Assembly: GCA_045047305.1 (NCBI GenBank)
Contig: JASFYO010000043.1
Location: 1-34,714 of the forward strand
Source: Planctomycetota bacterium
GTDB lineage: Bacteria; Planctomycetota; UBA1135
Direction of reading: 5' to 3'
DNA length: 34,714 nt
Below are positions 1 through 8,136 of the stretch, in pieces (position 1 is the stretch's first letter; the number at the start of each line of letters is the position of its first letter). Both the position numbers and the translations under genes were made by a program. Below the pieces are notes generated by a model. That model saw nothing but the letters and a program-made list of their open reading frames with translations. It had not been told where the DNA came from and did no database searches.

Positions 1-174
1 ACCTGGTTTGCATTAGATGTACCCGCGATTGGCCCTTTCGATAGTTCCGTGCCGAACGTTGCCCTGGCCGAGATGTTGGTGGCGTATGTTGCGATGCAAC
101 TGAAGCAAAACGCGCAGGTGCGGATTGATCGCACCGAAGCGCTGTGGAGAGCGACGGATACGTTTTTGGGGTAA
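1..174 (+). CDS. 3' end of probable MurR/RpiR-family transcriptional regulator (SIS domain C-terminus), truncated by window edge
   Basis: Frame 1 is open from base 1 to TAA at 172-174: TWFALDVPAIGPFDSSVPNVALAEMLVAYVAMQLKQNAQVRIDRTEALWRATDTFLG. The 'PFDS...ALAEMLV...RIDRTEALW' pattern resembles RpiR C-termini. Not in the ORF track. Confidence 0.55.
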   Translation, partial: TWFALDVPAIGPFDSSVPNVALAEMLVAYVAMQLKQNAQVRIDRTEALWRATDTFLG

Positions 175-249
175 GTGGGCCCCAAAACCCCCATAAGGCC
201 TCTGCAAAGCACCTTACGCCATTTTTTTCGATTTGGTATACCTGAAACT

Positions 250-1800
250 ATGCCAAAAAGCCTCGCCCCCATCTTCCTTTTACTATTTCTTCCCAACGAT
301 TTGTTTGGGCAGATTTATCAATGGGATGGAGCAACGACTTACGACCGAATGGGCGAATCTGTTTCTTCCGCTGGAGATGTCAATGGCGACGGCTTTGACG
401 ATGTCATCGTAGGAGCGGCTTATGCTCAGATCATTGGCCCTGGCGAAGTCGGATCGGCTTTTGTTTATTCCGGCGCCGATGGCTCGGTGCTGTTCCAATG
501 GAATGGGCAGGTTTCCTCCGACCGTTTTGGAGTATCCGTTTCCTCAGCAGGCGATGTCAACGGCGACGGCATTGTGGACTTCATCGTTGGGGCAGATAGC
601 ACTGGCAATAACGGACTCTCCAGCGGTTCGGCTTATGTTTATTCCGGCGCGGATGGCTCCTTGCTTTATCAGTGGGACGGCGGGAATGCGTTCGACCGTT
701 TTGGCTGGCCCGTTTCCGGAGCCGGCGACGTCAACGGCGATGGTTTTGATGACCTCATTGTTGGAGCCCGTTACTCCGACGACGGCGGCCTTAACGGCGG
801 GTCCGCTTATCTCTTTTCAGGAGCGAATGGATCCTTGTTTTATCAATGGGATGGAGCCGCATCTGCATCTTTTGGCGCATCCGTTTCCGCAGCCGGTGAT
901 GTTAACGGCGATGGCTTTGATGACGTCATTGTGGGAGCTACCGGAACCGGCAGTGGCTCCGCTTATGTCTACTCCGGAGCGAATGGGTCATTGCTTTATC
1001 AATGGAACGGACAGAGTGCGAATGATCGGTTTGGGTATTCCGTTTCCGGGGCGGGCGATGTCAATGGCGACGGCTTCGCTGACCTGGTAGTTGGAGCACT
1101 TTTCGCAACCGCCATCTCCAGCGGATCGGCTTATGTCTATTCCGGAACCAATGGCTCGATGCTCTACCAATGGGATGGACAGGCCTTAGGCAATCGGTTC
1201 GGCAATTCCGTTTCCTCAGCCGGCGACGTCAACGGCGATGGCTTCGATGATGTCATCGTGGGCGCAAATGGTACTGACAACCACGGAATCGACAGTGGAA
1301 CCGCTTACGTCTATTCGGGTGCATATGGCTCTTTGCTTCATCAATGGGAAGGTCAAAATGCAGACGACCAGTTTGGCCATTGCGTTTCCGGAGCAGGCGA
1401 TGTCAATGGCGACGGCTTCGAGAATGTCATCGTAGGGGCCAATTTCGCAAGCAACAACGGCACTGACAGCGGTTCCGCTTATGTTTATTCCGTATCCGCT
1501 GCCTATTCCATTACCCCGATGACTGCTGGGAGCCCTGCAACGTTCATGATTACGGGCGCCACGCCAAATTCAAGCGTGACCCTTGGCTATTCACTATTGG
1601 GTGCTGGCCCATTTACCACCGCTTTCGGTGTGGTCGCTATGACACCACCCATCCACATCCTGTCTGTCCTCGCCACCAATGCAAACGGCGATGCTTCCTT
1701 GACATTGAATGTCCCCGGCAGTGTTGCTGGGAGAACTCTGTACACCCAAGGCTTGGATTCTGGATTCCTGACTACTTCCCTTGCTGCATTCATCAACTAA
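250..1800 (+). CDS. Secreted FG-GAP (integrin-alpha-like) 7-bladed beta-propeller protein with an extra ~95-aa C-terminal domain
   Basis: Signal-like N-terminus MPKSLAPIFLLLFLPNDLFGQ from ATG 250; seven repeats G.SVS.AGDVNGDG.DD.IVGA...GSAYVYSG with Ca-binding DxNxDG loops; C-terminal domain shared with the S8 protease. Confidence 0.92.
   Translation: MPKSLAPIFLLLFLPNDLFGQIYQWDGATTYDRMGESVSSAGDVNGDGFDDVIVGAAYAQIIGPGEVGSAFVYSGADGSVLFQWNGQVSSDRFGVSVSSAGDVNGDGIVDFIVGADSTGNNGLSSGSAYVYSGADGSLLYQWDGGNAFDRFGWPVSGAGDVNGDGFDDLIVGARYSDDGGLNGGSAYLFSGANGSLFYQWDGAASASFGASVSAAGDVNGDGFDDVIVGATGTGSGSAYVYSGANGSLLYQWNGQSANDRFGYSVSGAGDVNGDGFADLVVGALFATAISSGSAYVYSGTNGSMLYQWDGQALGNRFGNSVSSAGDVNGDGFDDVIVGANGTDNHGIDSGTAYVYSGAYGSLLHQWEGQNADDQFGHCVSGAGDVNGDGFENVIVGANFASNNGTDSGSAYVYSVSAAYSITPMTAGSPATFMITGATPNSSVTLGYSLLGAGPFTTAFGVVAMTPPIHILSVLATNANGDASLTLNVPGSVAGRTLYTQGLDSGFLTTSLAAFIN
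310..1490 (+). repeat. Seven intragenic tandem FG-GAP repeats (~55 aa, ~160-175 bp), similar at DNA level
   Basis: Recurring gg(a/c/t)ga(t/c)gt(c/t)aa(t/c)ggcga(c/t)gg and gcttatgt(t/c)tattcc blocks; AGDVNGDG is present in all 7 units. Confidence 0.9.
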
Positions 1801-2056
1801 GCAAGTTCTGATTTAGCCTCGCGCTGACACCCAACCCCGTATTCTCGAGCAAATGATAGACGGTACTTCCTAATTCGGTTGAGGAGTCATGTTGAAGGCA
1901 TGTGCTACCGAACTGGAAGGTGGACTACTCTTAGGCCCAGTACCAGTCGTTCCGTTGAAACCAACACCAAAAACCTAAACCAATCCCATGCTGCTGCCGT
2001 TGTACGCTACTCTTTCCCTTGCCCACAGCTAAGCATCACCAAGCGTAGGCGCATCC

Positions 2057-3052
2057 ATGCAAAAATCGACTCTACCTTTTGGCGTTGGCCTCTGCGTCCT
2101 ACTCGCCTTGCTCGCATGGATGAGCGCAGACTATGTGCCTATTGGGGCGGTAGCGATTGCCATCGTTTTCGGCATTGCAGCAGGGAACATGCTAAAACTC
2201 GGACCGCAGTGGAGTCCTGGAATTCGATTTTGCGAAAAGCGTTTGCTGTCGATCGCGATTGGTTTGATGGGTGTCAACCTCGATTTCTCGATTCTAAGCG
2301 AACTCGGGTGGCGGTCCATAGTCTTAGTAGTTCTTGGCATTACAGTCACCATCAGCGCCGCGCTATTCTTCGCCAAGCTGCTCGGAGTCGATCGTAAATT
2401 TGCGCTTCTGATTGGAATCGGAAATGGCATTTGCGGAAGCTCCGCAATCGCGGCCACCGAAAAGATCATTGGAGCGAAAGAGGAAGAGGTGGGCTTATCC
2501 ATCGCAATCGTCAACCTCTTGGGCACGGTGGGCATCTTTTTGGTTCCAGTTGTGGGCACCGCTCTGTTGCACTTTTCCGATATCCACGCTGGGGTCTTAG
2601 TTGGCAACACTTTGCAAGCCGTCGGCCAGGTCATAGCCGGAGGATTTGCAATAAGCGACCCGGCTGGCCAAACCGCCACGGTTGTAAAAATGACGCGGAT
2701 TCTAATGCTGACTCCGTTGATTTTTGTGCTCCTTTTCGCCTTTGCCGAGCGCCACAAAAACGCCAGTGACGGCAACGCAAGTGCGACAGGAAAACCTGGG
2801 ATTCCATTGTTCATCCTTGGCTTCACCCTGATGACCCTCATTCCCACCTTTGATCTACTCCCTCAAACCTATATCAGCAACATAAGCTCTTGCAGTCATT
2901 GGGCCCTGATGATTGCTATGGCAGGGATTGGACTCAACATCACCTTCGCCAGCATCTTGCGTGATGGACGCGCTGCTCTTGGACTTGGCAGTTTGGTGTT
3001 CTGCGTTCAGATTGTTTTCAGCGCCGGCATGGTGTGCTGGCTGCTGAATTAG
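2057..3052 (+). CDS. YeiH-family (putative sulfate exporter) membrane transporter
   Basis: Polytopic hydrophobic protein with GICGSSAIAA, GNTLQAVGQVIAGG, ATVVKMTRILML and AMAGIGL motifs typical of YeiH. Confidence 0.85.
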   Translation: MQKSTLPFGVGLCVLLALLAWMSADYVPIGAVAIAIVFGIAAGNMLKLGPQWSPGIRFCEKRLLSIAIGLMGVNLDFSILSELGWRSIVLVVLGITVTISAALFFAKLLGVDRKFALLIGIGNGICGSSAIAATEKIIGAKEEEVGLSIAIVNLLGTVGIFLVPVVGTALLHFSDIHAGVLVGNTLQAVGQVIAGGFAISDPAGQTATVVKMTRILMLTPLIFVLLFAFAERHKNASDGNASATGKPGIPLFILGFTLMTLIPTFDLLPQTYISNISSCSHWALMIAMAGIGLNITFASILRDGRAALGLGSLVFCVQIVFSAGMVCWLLN

Positions 3053-3069
3053 TTTTTCAGCTCAGCCGC

Positions 3070-3273
3070 CTAGGGCTTCCAAACGAAAGGAATGGCAATT
3101 AAGGCTATCCCGATGGCCACAACCGCCCAGATGTTCGAAACAAAAAGCGGGAACACCATTAACCCTATCCCGCAAAGCAGCGGCACATAGGCGGTCTGTT
3201 TCTTGCCATAGGAAAAAAAGCCGAGGCCAAAAGCGCCAAACAGCATGGTCCAGAGAAGGGTAGATGTATCCAT
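3070..3273 (-). CDS. Small conserved membrane protein (67 aa)
   Basis: MDTSTLLWTMLFGAFGLGFFSYGKKQ...GIGLMVFPLFV...; the 'FG..G.G...YGKKQ...LM.FP.FV' pattern belongs to a widespread small hypothetical family. Start moved to ATG 3273. Confidence 0.75.
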   Translation of the reverse strand: MDTSTLLWTMLFGAFGLGFFSYGKKQTAYVPLLCGIGLMVFPLFVSNIWAVVAIGIALIAIPFVWKP

Positions 3274-3314
3274 TGGAAGAGCTACGAGTCTAACCCTAAA
3301 GACCAAACCGGCGC

Positions 3315-3321
3315 TACAATA
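3315..3321. promoter_or_regulatory. Symmetric -10 element TACAATA between divergent genes; + strand box is 8 nt before SUI1 ATG
   Basis: TACAAT 3315-3320 then agagttgt ATG(3329); minus strand reads TATTGT toward the gene starting at 3273. Confidence 0.55.
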
Positions 3322-3328
3322 GAGTTGT

Positions 3329-3670
3329 ATGGGTTCAGACAATCCTTTTCAGAAACTGTTCTCCGAGGCTGGCCTCGAAGGCACCGGTAAATTCGACGCT
3401 GATGGCGTGGAGCTAGATCCGGAAACCGGCAAACCGTTCAAGCAGGTGGTTCTCGGATATGAGCGCCGCGGGGGCGATAAGGTCGTCACCACGGTCCGCG
3501 ACATCCCAGAAGCCCGCACCGATGAAATTCTTGGCTACATCAAGAAGGCATTTGGCACCGGCGGCACCGTCAGCGATGACGGACTTCTGGTGGTGCAAGG
3601 CGATCGCCGCGCTCAACTCACGCGATGGTTCGAGAAACAGAACATCCGCGTGAAGGGCCAGCGTGACTAG
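3329..3670 (+). CDS. yciH: Translation initiation factor SUI1/eIF1 homolog (YciH family)
   Basis: RRGGDKVVTTV...KKAFGTGGTV...LVVQGDRR matches the SUI1 pattern (K.VT.V, GTGGTV, IQGD.R). Confidence 0.88.
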   Translation: MGSDNPFQKLFSEAGLEGTGKFDADGVELDPETGKPFKQVVLGYERRGGDKVVTTVRDIPEARTDEILGYIKKAFGTGGTVSDDGLLVVQGDRRAQLTRWFEKQNIRVKGQRD

Positions 3671-4280
3671 GTTTTTTCTCCCAGGCAAACGCTTCGCAGG
3701 GTTGCTTTTCGCAGCTCTCGGTGGAGTCTCGTGCAGCACCCTGGTTTCTCCAGAAGCCATCATGGAGTCACCGGAACTCAGCGATGAAGCCAAGACCGAT
3801 GCCATCGAGCGCTGGGAATCGGCGGTCGAGCGCGCCAATGCATTCTTGCTAAGTGATTCCAACACCCTCATGCCGCGCGGCTCTTATGAATTGCTCGGTT
3901 CTGGTTTGGTCTACCGCACCGACAAGCAAGATTGGGAAGTCACCATCCGCAACACTTGGTTCGGCGATGTCGTGGTTGCCACAGGATTCATTGCGCAAGA
4001 GCGCTCCTGGGGATTTGTAGTTGGGGAAGTTGGGAAAGGCGAAGACCTCATCGCTAACTCTCTGTTCCGCACCAGCCTGGATGAACCCCGTTCCGCCGAT
4101 GACATGGCCAACCTCATCTTGCATGAGACGGCGCACCAAGTCTTCGATGTCGGCACCCTCGACTTCCTTGGAACTATGCATTACTACTGGTACAGCTTGT
4201 TTGATAGTCATTCGAAGCATCCGGATGAGCAGGACCCCAACGCAGTTTCCGCTGAGTTCACCAAGTTCACTGTGCAATGA
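3663..4280 (+). CDS. Putative lipoprotein with HExxH zinc-metallopeptidase motif
   Basis: GTG start overlapping the SUI1 end; lipobox-like LGGVS-C; LILHETAHQV motif; ATGA overlap with plsC. Confidence 0.6.
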   Translation: MTRFFLPGKRFAGLLFAALGGVSCSTLVSPEAIMESPELSDEAKTDAIERWESAVERANAFLLSDSNTLMPRGSYELLGSGLVYRTDKQDWEVTIRNTWFGDVVVATGFIAQERSWGFVVGEVGKGEDLIANSLFRTSLDEPRSADDMANLILHETAHQVFDVGTLDFLGTMHYYWYSLFDSHSKHPDEQDPNAVSAEFTKFTVQ

Positions 4281-5065
4281 GTCCGTACTCGACCGGCAAT
4301 GCCCCCCTGAAATGGGAGGCTCCCAAGGTTGGCGGCCCCATCCGCGGGTTTCTGATGATTCTGCCAGCATTTCTATGGGCCTTCGGACACATTTTCTTCC
4401 TCATCATCGCGCTGTTTGTGGCGCCTGGTTGGTGCAAGAAGCACCGCCAGAACCTGCTTCGCGCCTGGGGCGGAGGATTGTTATGGCTGTTTGGGATCAA
4501 GCTGGATCTGCACGGCCTAGAAAACCGCGACTTTGAGGGCGCCAAAATCCTCGCGGTGAATCACGTCAGCCTGGTCGACCTTTTTGTTTGGAGCGCCATT
4601 TGGTGTCACCCCGGAACCATCCTCTACAAGAAGGAATTCGGACGTATCCCACTTATGGGAAGGGTGATGCGCATGCTCGGATTCATTGAAGTCGACCGTG
4701 GCAACCGCGAAGCTGCGCGCGATAGTGTCGCTCTAGCCGCAAAACGCATCCGGGAAGAAGGCCTATGCATGTGGATTGCCCCAGAAGGCACGCGCTCTCG
4801 CCTCGGAGGCCTGCAAGAGTTCAAAATGGGTGCCTTCCACCTTGCCATGCAGACCCAATCCCCGATTGTGCCCTCCATCATGCGTGGCGCCGACAAGATC
4901 AATCCCATGGGCAGCTTGCTTATGCGCTCGGGAACTATCCGCATCGACTTCCTCCCACCGATCCCCACGGAAGATTGGCAAAGACGTGAATTACGTACAA
5001 AATCGGTACAAATACGGGAATTGTTCCTACAGTTCTTGCCAGAAGCGCCAAAAAATCCGTCATAA
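4277..5065 (+). CDS. plsC: 1-acyl-sn-glycerol-3-phosphate acyltransferase
   Basis: NHVSLVD (HxxxxD), FIEVDR, PEGTRS and FKMGAF acyltransferase blocks. Confidence 0.9.
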   Translation: MSPYSTGNAPLKWEAPKVGGPIRGFLMILPAFLWAFGHIFFLIIALFVAPGWCKKHRQNLLRAWGGGLLWLFGIKLDLHGLENRDFEGAKILAVNHVSLVDLFVWSAIWCHPGTILYKKEFGRIPLMGRVMRMLGFIEVDRGNREAARDSVALAAKRIREEGLCMWIAPEGTRSRLGGLQEFKMGAFHLAMQTQSPIVPSIMRGADKINPMGSLLMRSGTIRIDFLPPIPTEDWQRRELRTKSVQIRELFLQFLPEAPKNPS

Positions 5066-5073
5066 TATGTGCC

Positions 5074-5979
5074 ATGTCTAGACGCCGCCCGCTCGACAAG
5101 GTCAATACCAACTTCATCATCATCGCCCACGTGCTCGCTGTTGTCGCAGTGTTGTACATGTGCTTGGTTCAGTTTTCCTGGATGAGCTTGGGCCTCGGTG
5201 TGTTTTACGCATGGATTTGCACGCTGTCGATTAGTGCTGGCTACCACCGCCTTTTCTCGCACCCGACTTACCGCGCCCACGGAATTTTGCGCGGCATGTA
5301 CCTCTTCTTCGGCGCTGCATCGATTCAGAACTCGGCGCTCAAATGGTCGGCGGACCATCGTGACCACCACAGTCAGGTCGACAAGAAGGACGATCCATAC
5401 AACATCCGCAAAGGGTTTTGGTGGGCACACATTGGTTGGGTTTTGCATGCGGCACCGGAGCACGATTTAGCCAACGTTCCCGACCTGAAAAAAGATAAGT
5501 TAGTGATGTGGCAGCACAATCACTATCTACTGTGCGCGATTTTATCCTCCGGCGTTTTGCCTTTGGCGCTTGGCTTCCTTTGGGGCGACCCAATCGGCGC
5601 GGTACTGATTGCCGGGTTCCTGCGCATTGTGGTTGATTGGCACAGCACCTTCTCCATCAACTCGGTGGCCCACATCCTTGGCCGCCGTCCCTACTCCTTG
5701 GCGAACTCGGCGCGTGATTCTTTCATCACCGCAGTAGTCACCATGGGCGAGGGCTACCACAACTTCCACCACCGCTTTGCCAACGATTACCGCAACGGCG
5801 TGCGCTGGTTCCACTTCGACCCAACCAAGTGGTGGGTTTGGAGTTGGTCCAAGGTGGGCCTCACCTGGGATCTAAAGCGCGCTTCCCGCGAAGCCATTCT
5901 TGCAGCACGCGAGAAGGTCAATGAGGAAGTGAAAGCGATGAAGAAAGTGAAGAAACTAAAGGCTGCCAACGCAAGCTAA
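5074..5979 (+). CDS. Delta-9-type acyl-CoA/acyl-lipid fatty acid desaturase
   Basis: Three His boxes HRLFSH, HRDHH and HNFHH, plus GFWWAHIGW and DPTKW. TAATAT lies 5 nt before the ATG. Confidence 0.93.
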   Translation: MSRRRPLDKVNTNFIIIAHVLAVVAVLYMCLVQFSWMSLGLGVFYAWICTLSISAGYHRLFSHPTYRAHGILRGMYLFFGAASIQNSALKWSADHRDHHSQVDKKDDPYNIRKGFWWAHIGWVLHAAPEHDLANVPDLKKDKLVMWQHNHYLLCAILSSGVLPLALGFLWGDPIGAVLIAGFLRIVVDWHSTFSINSVAHILGRRPYSLANSARDSFITAVVTMGEGYHNFHHRFANDYRNGVRWFHFDPTKWWVWSWSKVGLTWDLKRASREAILAAREKVNEEVKAMKKVKKLKAANAS

Positions 5980-6002
5980 TTGCTGCCGACGCTACGCGCA
6001 TC

Positions 6003-6028
6003 ACGCCCGTCCTAAGGATGGGCGTTTT
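6003..6028 (+). terminator. Intrinsic terminator after desaturase
   Basis: Stem ACGCCCGTCC / GGATGGGCGT (10 bp with one G-U), loop TAA, followed by TTT; lies between convergent genes. Confidence 0.75.
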
Positions 6029-6064
6029 GCATGCAAGCGGCCGTTTCGCTTCTTCTGGCTTCGC

Positions 6065-8119
6065 TTAAACCAAAGTCTGCAAGCGGTCGACATCTTTCTC
6101 CGGCCCAAACACCACCAGAAAATCGCCTGGGTGTAGAATATCGTCTGGATTCACCGTTTGCGGCTCCATAAGCTGCCCATCTGCGGAAAGGCGGCGCAAG
6201 AGTAATACATTCACTCCATAACGTTGACGGAAAGCTGCACCGGAAATGGTTAGACCTGCCATAAATGCCGGTGACTCGATTTCGGCCATGACAAAGCCCC
6301 CCACCTTATGTCGGTGACGCCCTGAATCGGTCAAAGCTAGACTCCCGGCAAGTTCCCCTGCCATTTGAGTTTTGAATAGCTCGCGACGATAACGCTCGAG
6401 GACGTCGGCCAAATGCACAATGCCAACCAGCTTTCCTTCAGGGGAAACCACCGGCATTTCATCGCGATAGCCTTTATCTAAGTCCTCAAGTACTGCATCC
6501 AAGGTGGCGTTCGATTGAATCCCTGGAATTTCCGCGTTGGCAATATCCTCTGCCGTCAACAACTGGCGCACCATGCCTTCTTCTTCCAAAAAGGGTCGCA
6601 GTTCCTTCAGCCCAATCGTGCCAAGGTACTGTCCATCTTCGTTCGCGACGGCTAATAAGGATTCGCCTTGATTGAATATGCGCCGCAAGAGTGGCTCCAA
6701 ACGTTCATTTGGCAAAACCATCGAGGAGCTTTCTCGCGTGACTTCGGTCACCGGGATGCTGCTCAAAAGGTTGATGTCTTGTCCGCGGCGCACCTGAATC
6801 CCGCGTTCGCTCAACTTGATGGTATAGATAGAATCCCGGCTAAGGCGCATCACAATAAGTGTGGCGAGAATGCACGAAATCATCAGTGGCAAAATGATTT
6901 TGTAATCCGCCGTTAACTCAAACAAAATCATGATGGCTGTAATCGGAGCATGGGTTCCAGCAGCAACGACTGCCCCCATGCCCACCAAGGCATAGGCTCC
7001 TGGAGGAGCAGAACCCGGCATGAGCATTTGCATTCCTACTCCAACCGCACCTCCGAGCATGGCGCCAAGGAAAAGCGAAGGGGCAAAAATTCCACCAGAG
7101 CCTCCAGTCCCTAAAGTTAAACAAACTGCAACCAGCTTTGCTAACAGAAGGGCAAACAACATAAACAGCCCCATGTGGCCATCCAGAGCATCGTTCATGG
7201 CTTCGTAACCGACACCCAAAACCTGAGGAACCGCCAACGCTAACAATCCAACGAGCAAGCCTCCAATCGCTGTTTTGAAGGGTTCCCAAATTGGTGTGCG
7301 CTCTGAAAAAGTCTCGGTTGCATGCAAAGTCCGAGTGAACAGAAGGGCAGTGAATGCCGCCAAAATACCGAGAACTGCGTAGCCCAAAAGTTCTACTGGG
7401 CTATGCATGGAATAAGCCGGGATTTCAAAAGCGGGGAAATCTCCGAGAAAATGCCGGGCAACCACCGTCGCGACCACAGAACTAATCACGATCGGCGAAA
7501 ACTGAGGGACGCCGAAATCTCCGAGGATGACCTCCACGGCAAACATGGCACCGGCGATGGGTGCATTAAAAGCAGCTGCGATTCCAGCGGCAGCACCACA
7601 CCCCACCAAGGTGCGCATACGGCGTGGGCCCAAGCCGAGAGTTTGCGCGACACTGGATCCAATGGCCGAGCCAATTTGAACAATCGGCCCCTCCCTTCCA
7701 ACAGAACCTCCTGAGGCAATACATAAACTAGAAGCAAGCGCCTTCACTCCAGCAACTCGTGGACGGATTTTCCCACCCTTGGTTGCAACGGCTGCCATGA
7801 CTTCTGGAACTCCGTGGCCGCGCGCCTCGCTAGCTCCATAATGCACGATAAGGCCCACGAAAAAACCACCAATCGTGGGTGCCAATACCAACCAATACCA
7901 CGGCAGGGTTTCCGTCCACTCCAGCAAGCTCCAATGCTCACTCGGCAGTTCAGGCGTACTCCAAATGAGCTTTTGCCCGTACTGAATCATCATGCGCAGC
8001 AGCACCGCAGAATAGCCTCCTAATAGGCCCACAAATGAGGCGACCAACACCATATAAACAGTCGTCGACTGCTTTAGATATCGGTTGAGAGCCGCGAGTG
8101 GGCGGAGGATGATGCGCAT
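6065..8119 (-). CDS. ClC chloride channel/transporter with CBS pair and C-terminal TrkA-C (RCK_C) domain
   Basis: GHGVPE, GREGP, AAFNAPIAG, GGIFAP and SIYT motifs; CBS-like segments; C-terminal 'FRQRYGVNVLLL...PDDILHPGDFLVVFG'. Confidence 0.92.
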   Translation of the reverse strand: MRIILRPLAALNRYLKQSTTVYMVLVASFVGLLGGYSAVLLRMMIQYGQKLIWSTPELPSEHWSLLEWTETLPWYWLVLAPTIGGFFVGLIVHYGASEARGHGVPEVMAAVATKGGKIRPRVAGVKALASSLCIASGGSVGREGPIVQIGSAIGSSVAQTLGLGPRRMRTLVGCGAAAGIAAAFNAPIAGAMFAVEVILGDFGVPQFSPIVISSVVATVVARHFLGDFPAFEIPAYSMHSPVELLGYAVLGILAAFTALLFTRTLHATETFSERTPIWEPFKTAIGGLLVGLLALAVPQVLGVGYEAMNDALDGHMGLFMLFALLLAKLVAVCLTLGTGGSGGIFAPSLFLGAMLGGAVGVGMQMLMPGSAPPGAYALVGMGAVVAAGTHAPITAIMILFELTADYKIILPLMISCILATLIVMRLSRDSIYTIKLSERGIQVRRGQDINLLSSIPVTEVTRESSSMVLPNERLEPLLRRIFNQGESLLAVANEDGQYLGTIGLKELRPFLEEEGMVRQLLTAEDIANAEIPGIQSNATLDAVLEDLDKGYRDEMPVVSPEGKLVGIVHLADVLERYRRELFKTQMAGELAGSLALTDSGRHRHKVGGFVMAEIESPAFMAGLTISGAAFRQRYGVNVLLLRRLSADGQLMEPQTVNPDDILHPGDFLVVFGPEKDVDRLQTLV

Positions 8120-8128
8120 GAGACGCGT

Positions 8129-8134
8129 AGTCTA
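8129..8134 (-). promoter_or_regulatory. -10 box TAGACT 9 nt before clc ATG
   Basis: Minus strand TAGACT acgcgtctc ATG(8119); no SD. Confidence 0.45.
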
Positions 8135-8136
8135 GG

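Noticed and set aside
164..187. Hairpin TTTTGGGG / CCCCAAAA over the stop of the first gene as a terminator
   Set aside because: It overlaps the coding end, is low complexity and has no adjacent U-tract on the + strand.
235..249. Leaderless promoter for the FG-GAP gene (TGgTATACC, 7 nt before ATG 250)
   Set aside because: It lacks the conserved final T of TANNNT, so it was not counted in the tally, although it remains possible.
310..1490. CRISPR array or DGR template/variable repeat
   Set aside because: The repeats are in-frame coding units with synonymous variation; there is no cas or reverse transcriptase gene in the window.
1889..1978. 29-codon ORF after GAGGAG (MLKACATELEGG...)
   Set aside because: The SD-like sequence is only 2 nt from the ATG and the peptide has no recognisable features.
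2131..5463. Long antisense or alternative-frame ORFs (e.g. 2131-2847 -, 4624-5463 -; likewise 422-1090 + and 11804-12493 +)
   Set aside because: They overlap well-supported genes, have no motifs, and are expected shadows of GC-rich codon usage.
6065..8119. ClC as a fluoride-specific CLC-F exporter
   Set aside because: It lacks the CLC-F signatures (GNNLI/GMGLI, GREGT, GEVTP) and has GHGVP, GREGP and GIFAP instead.
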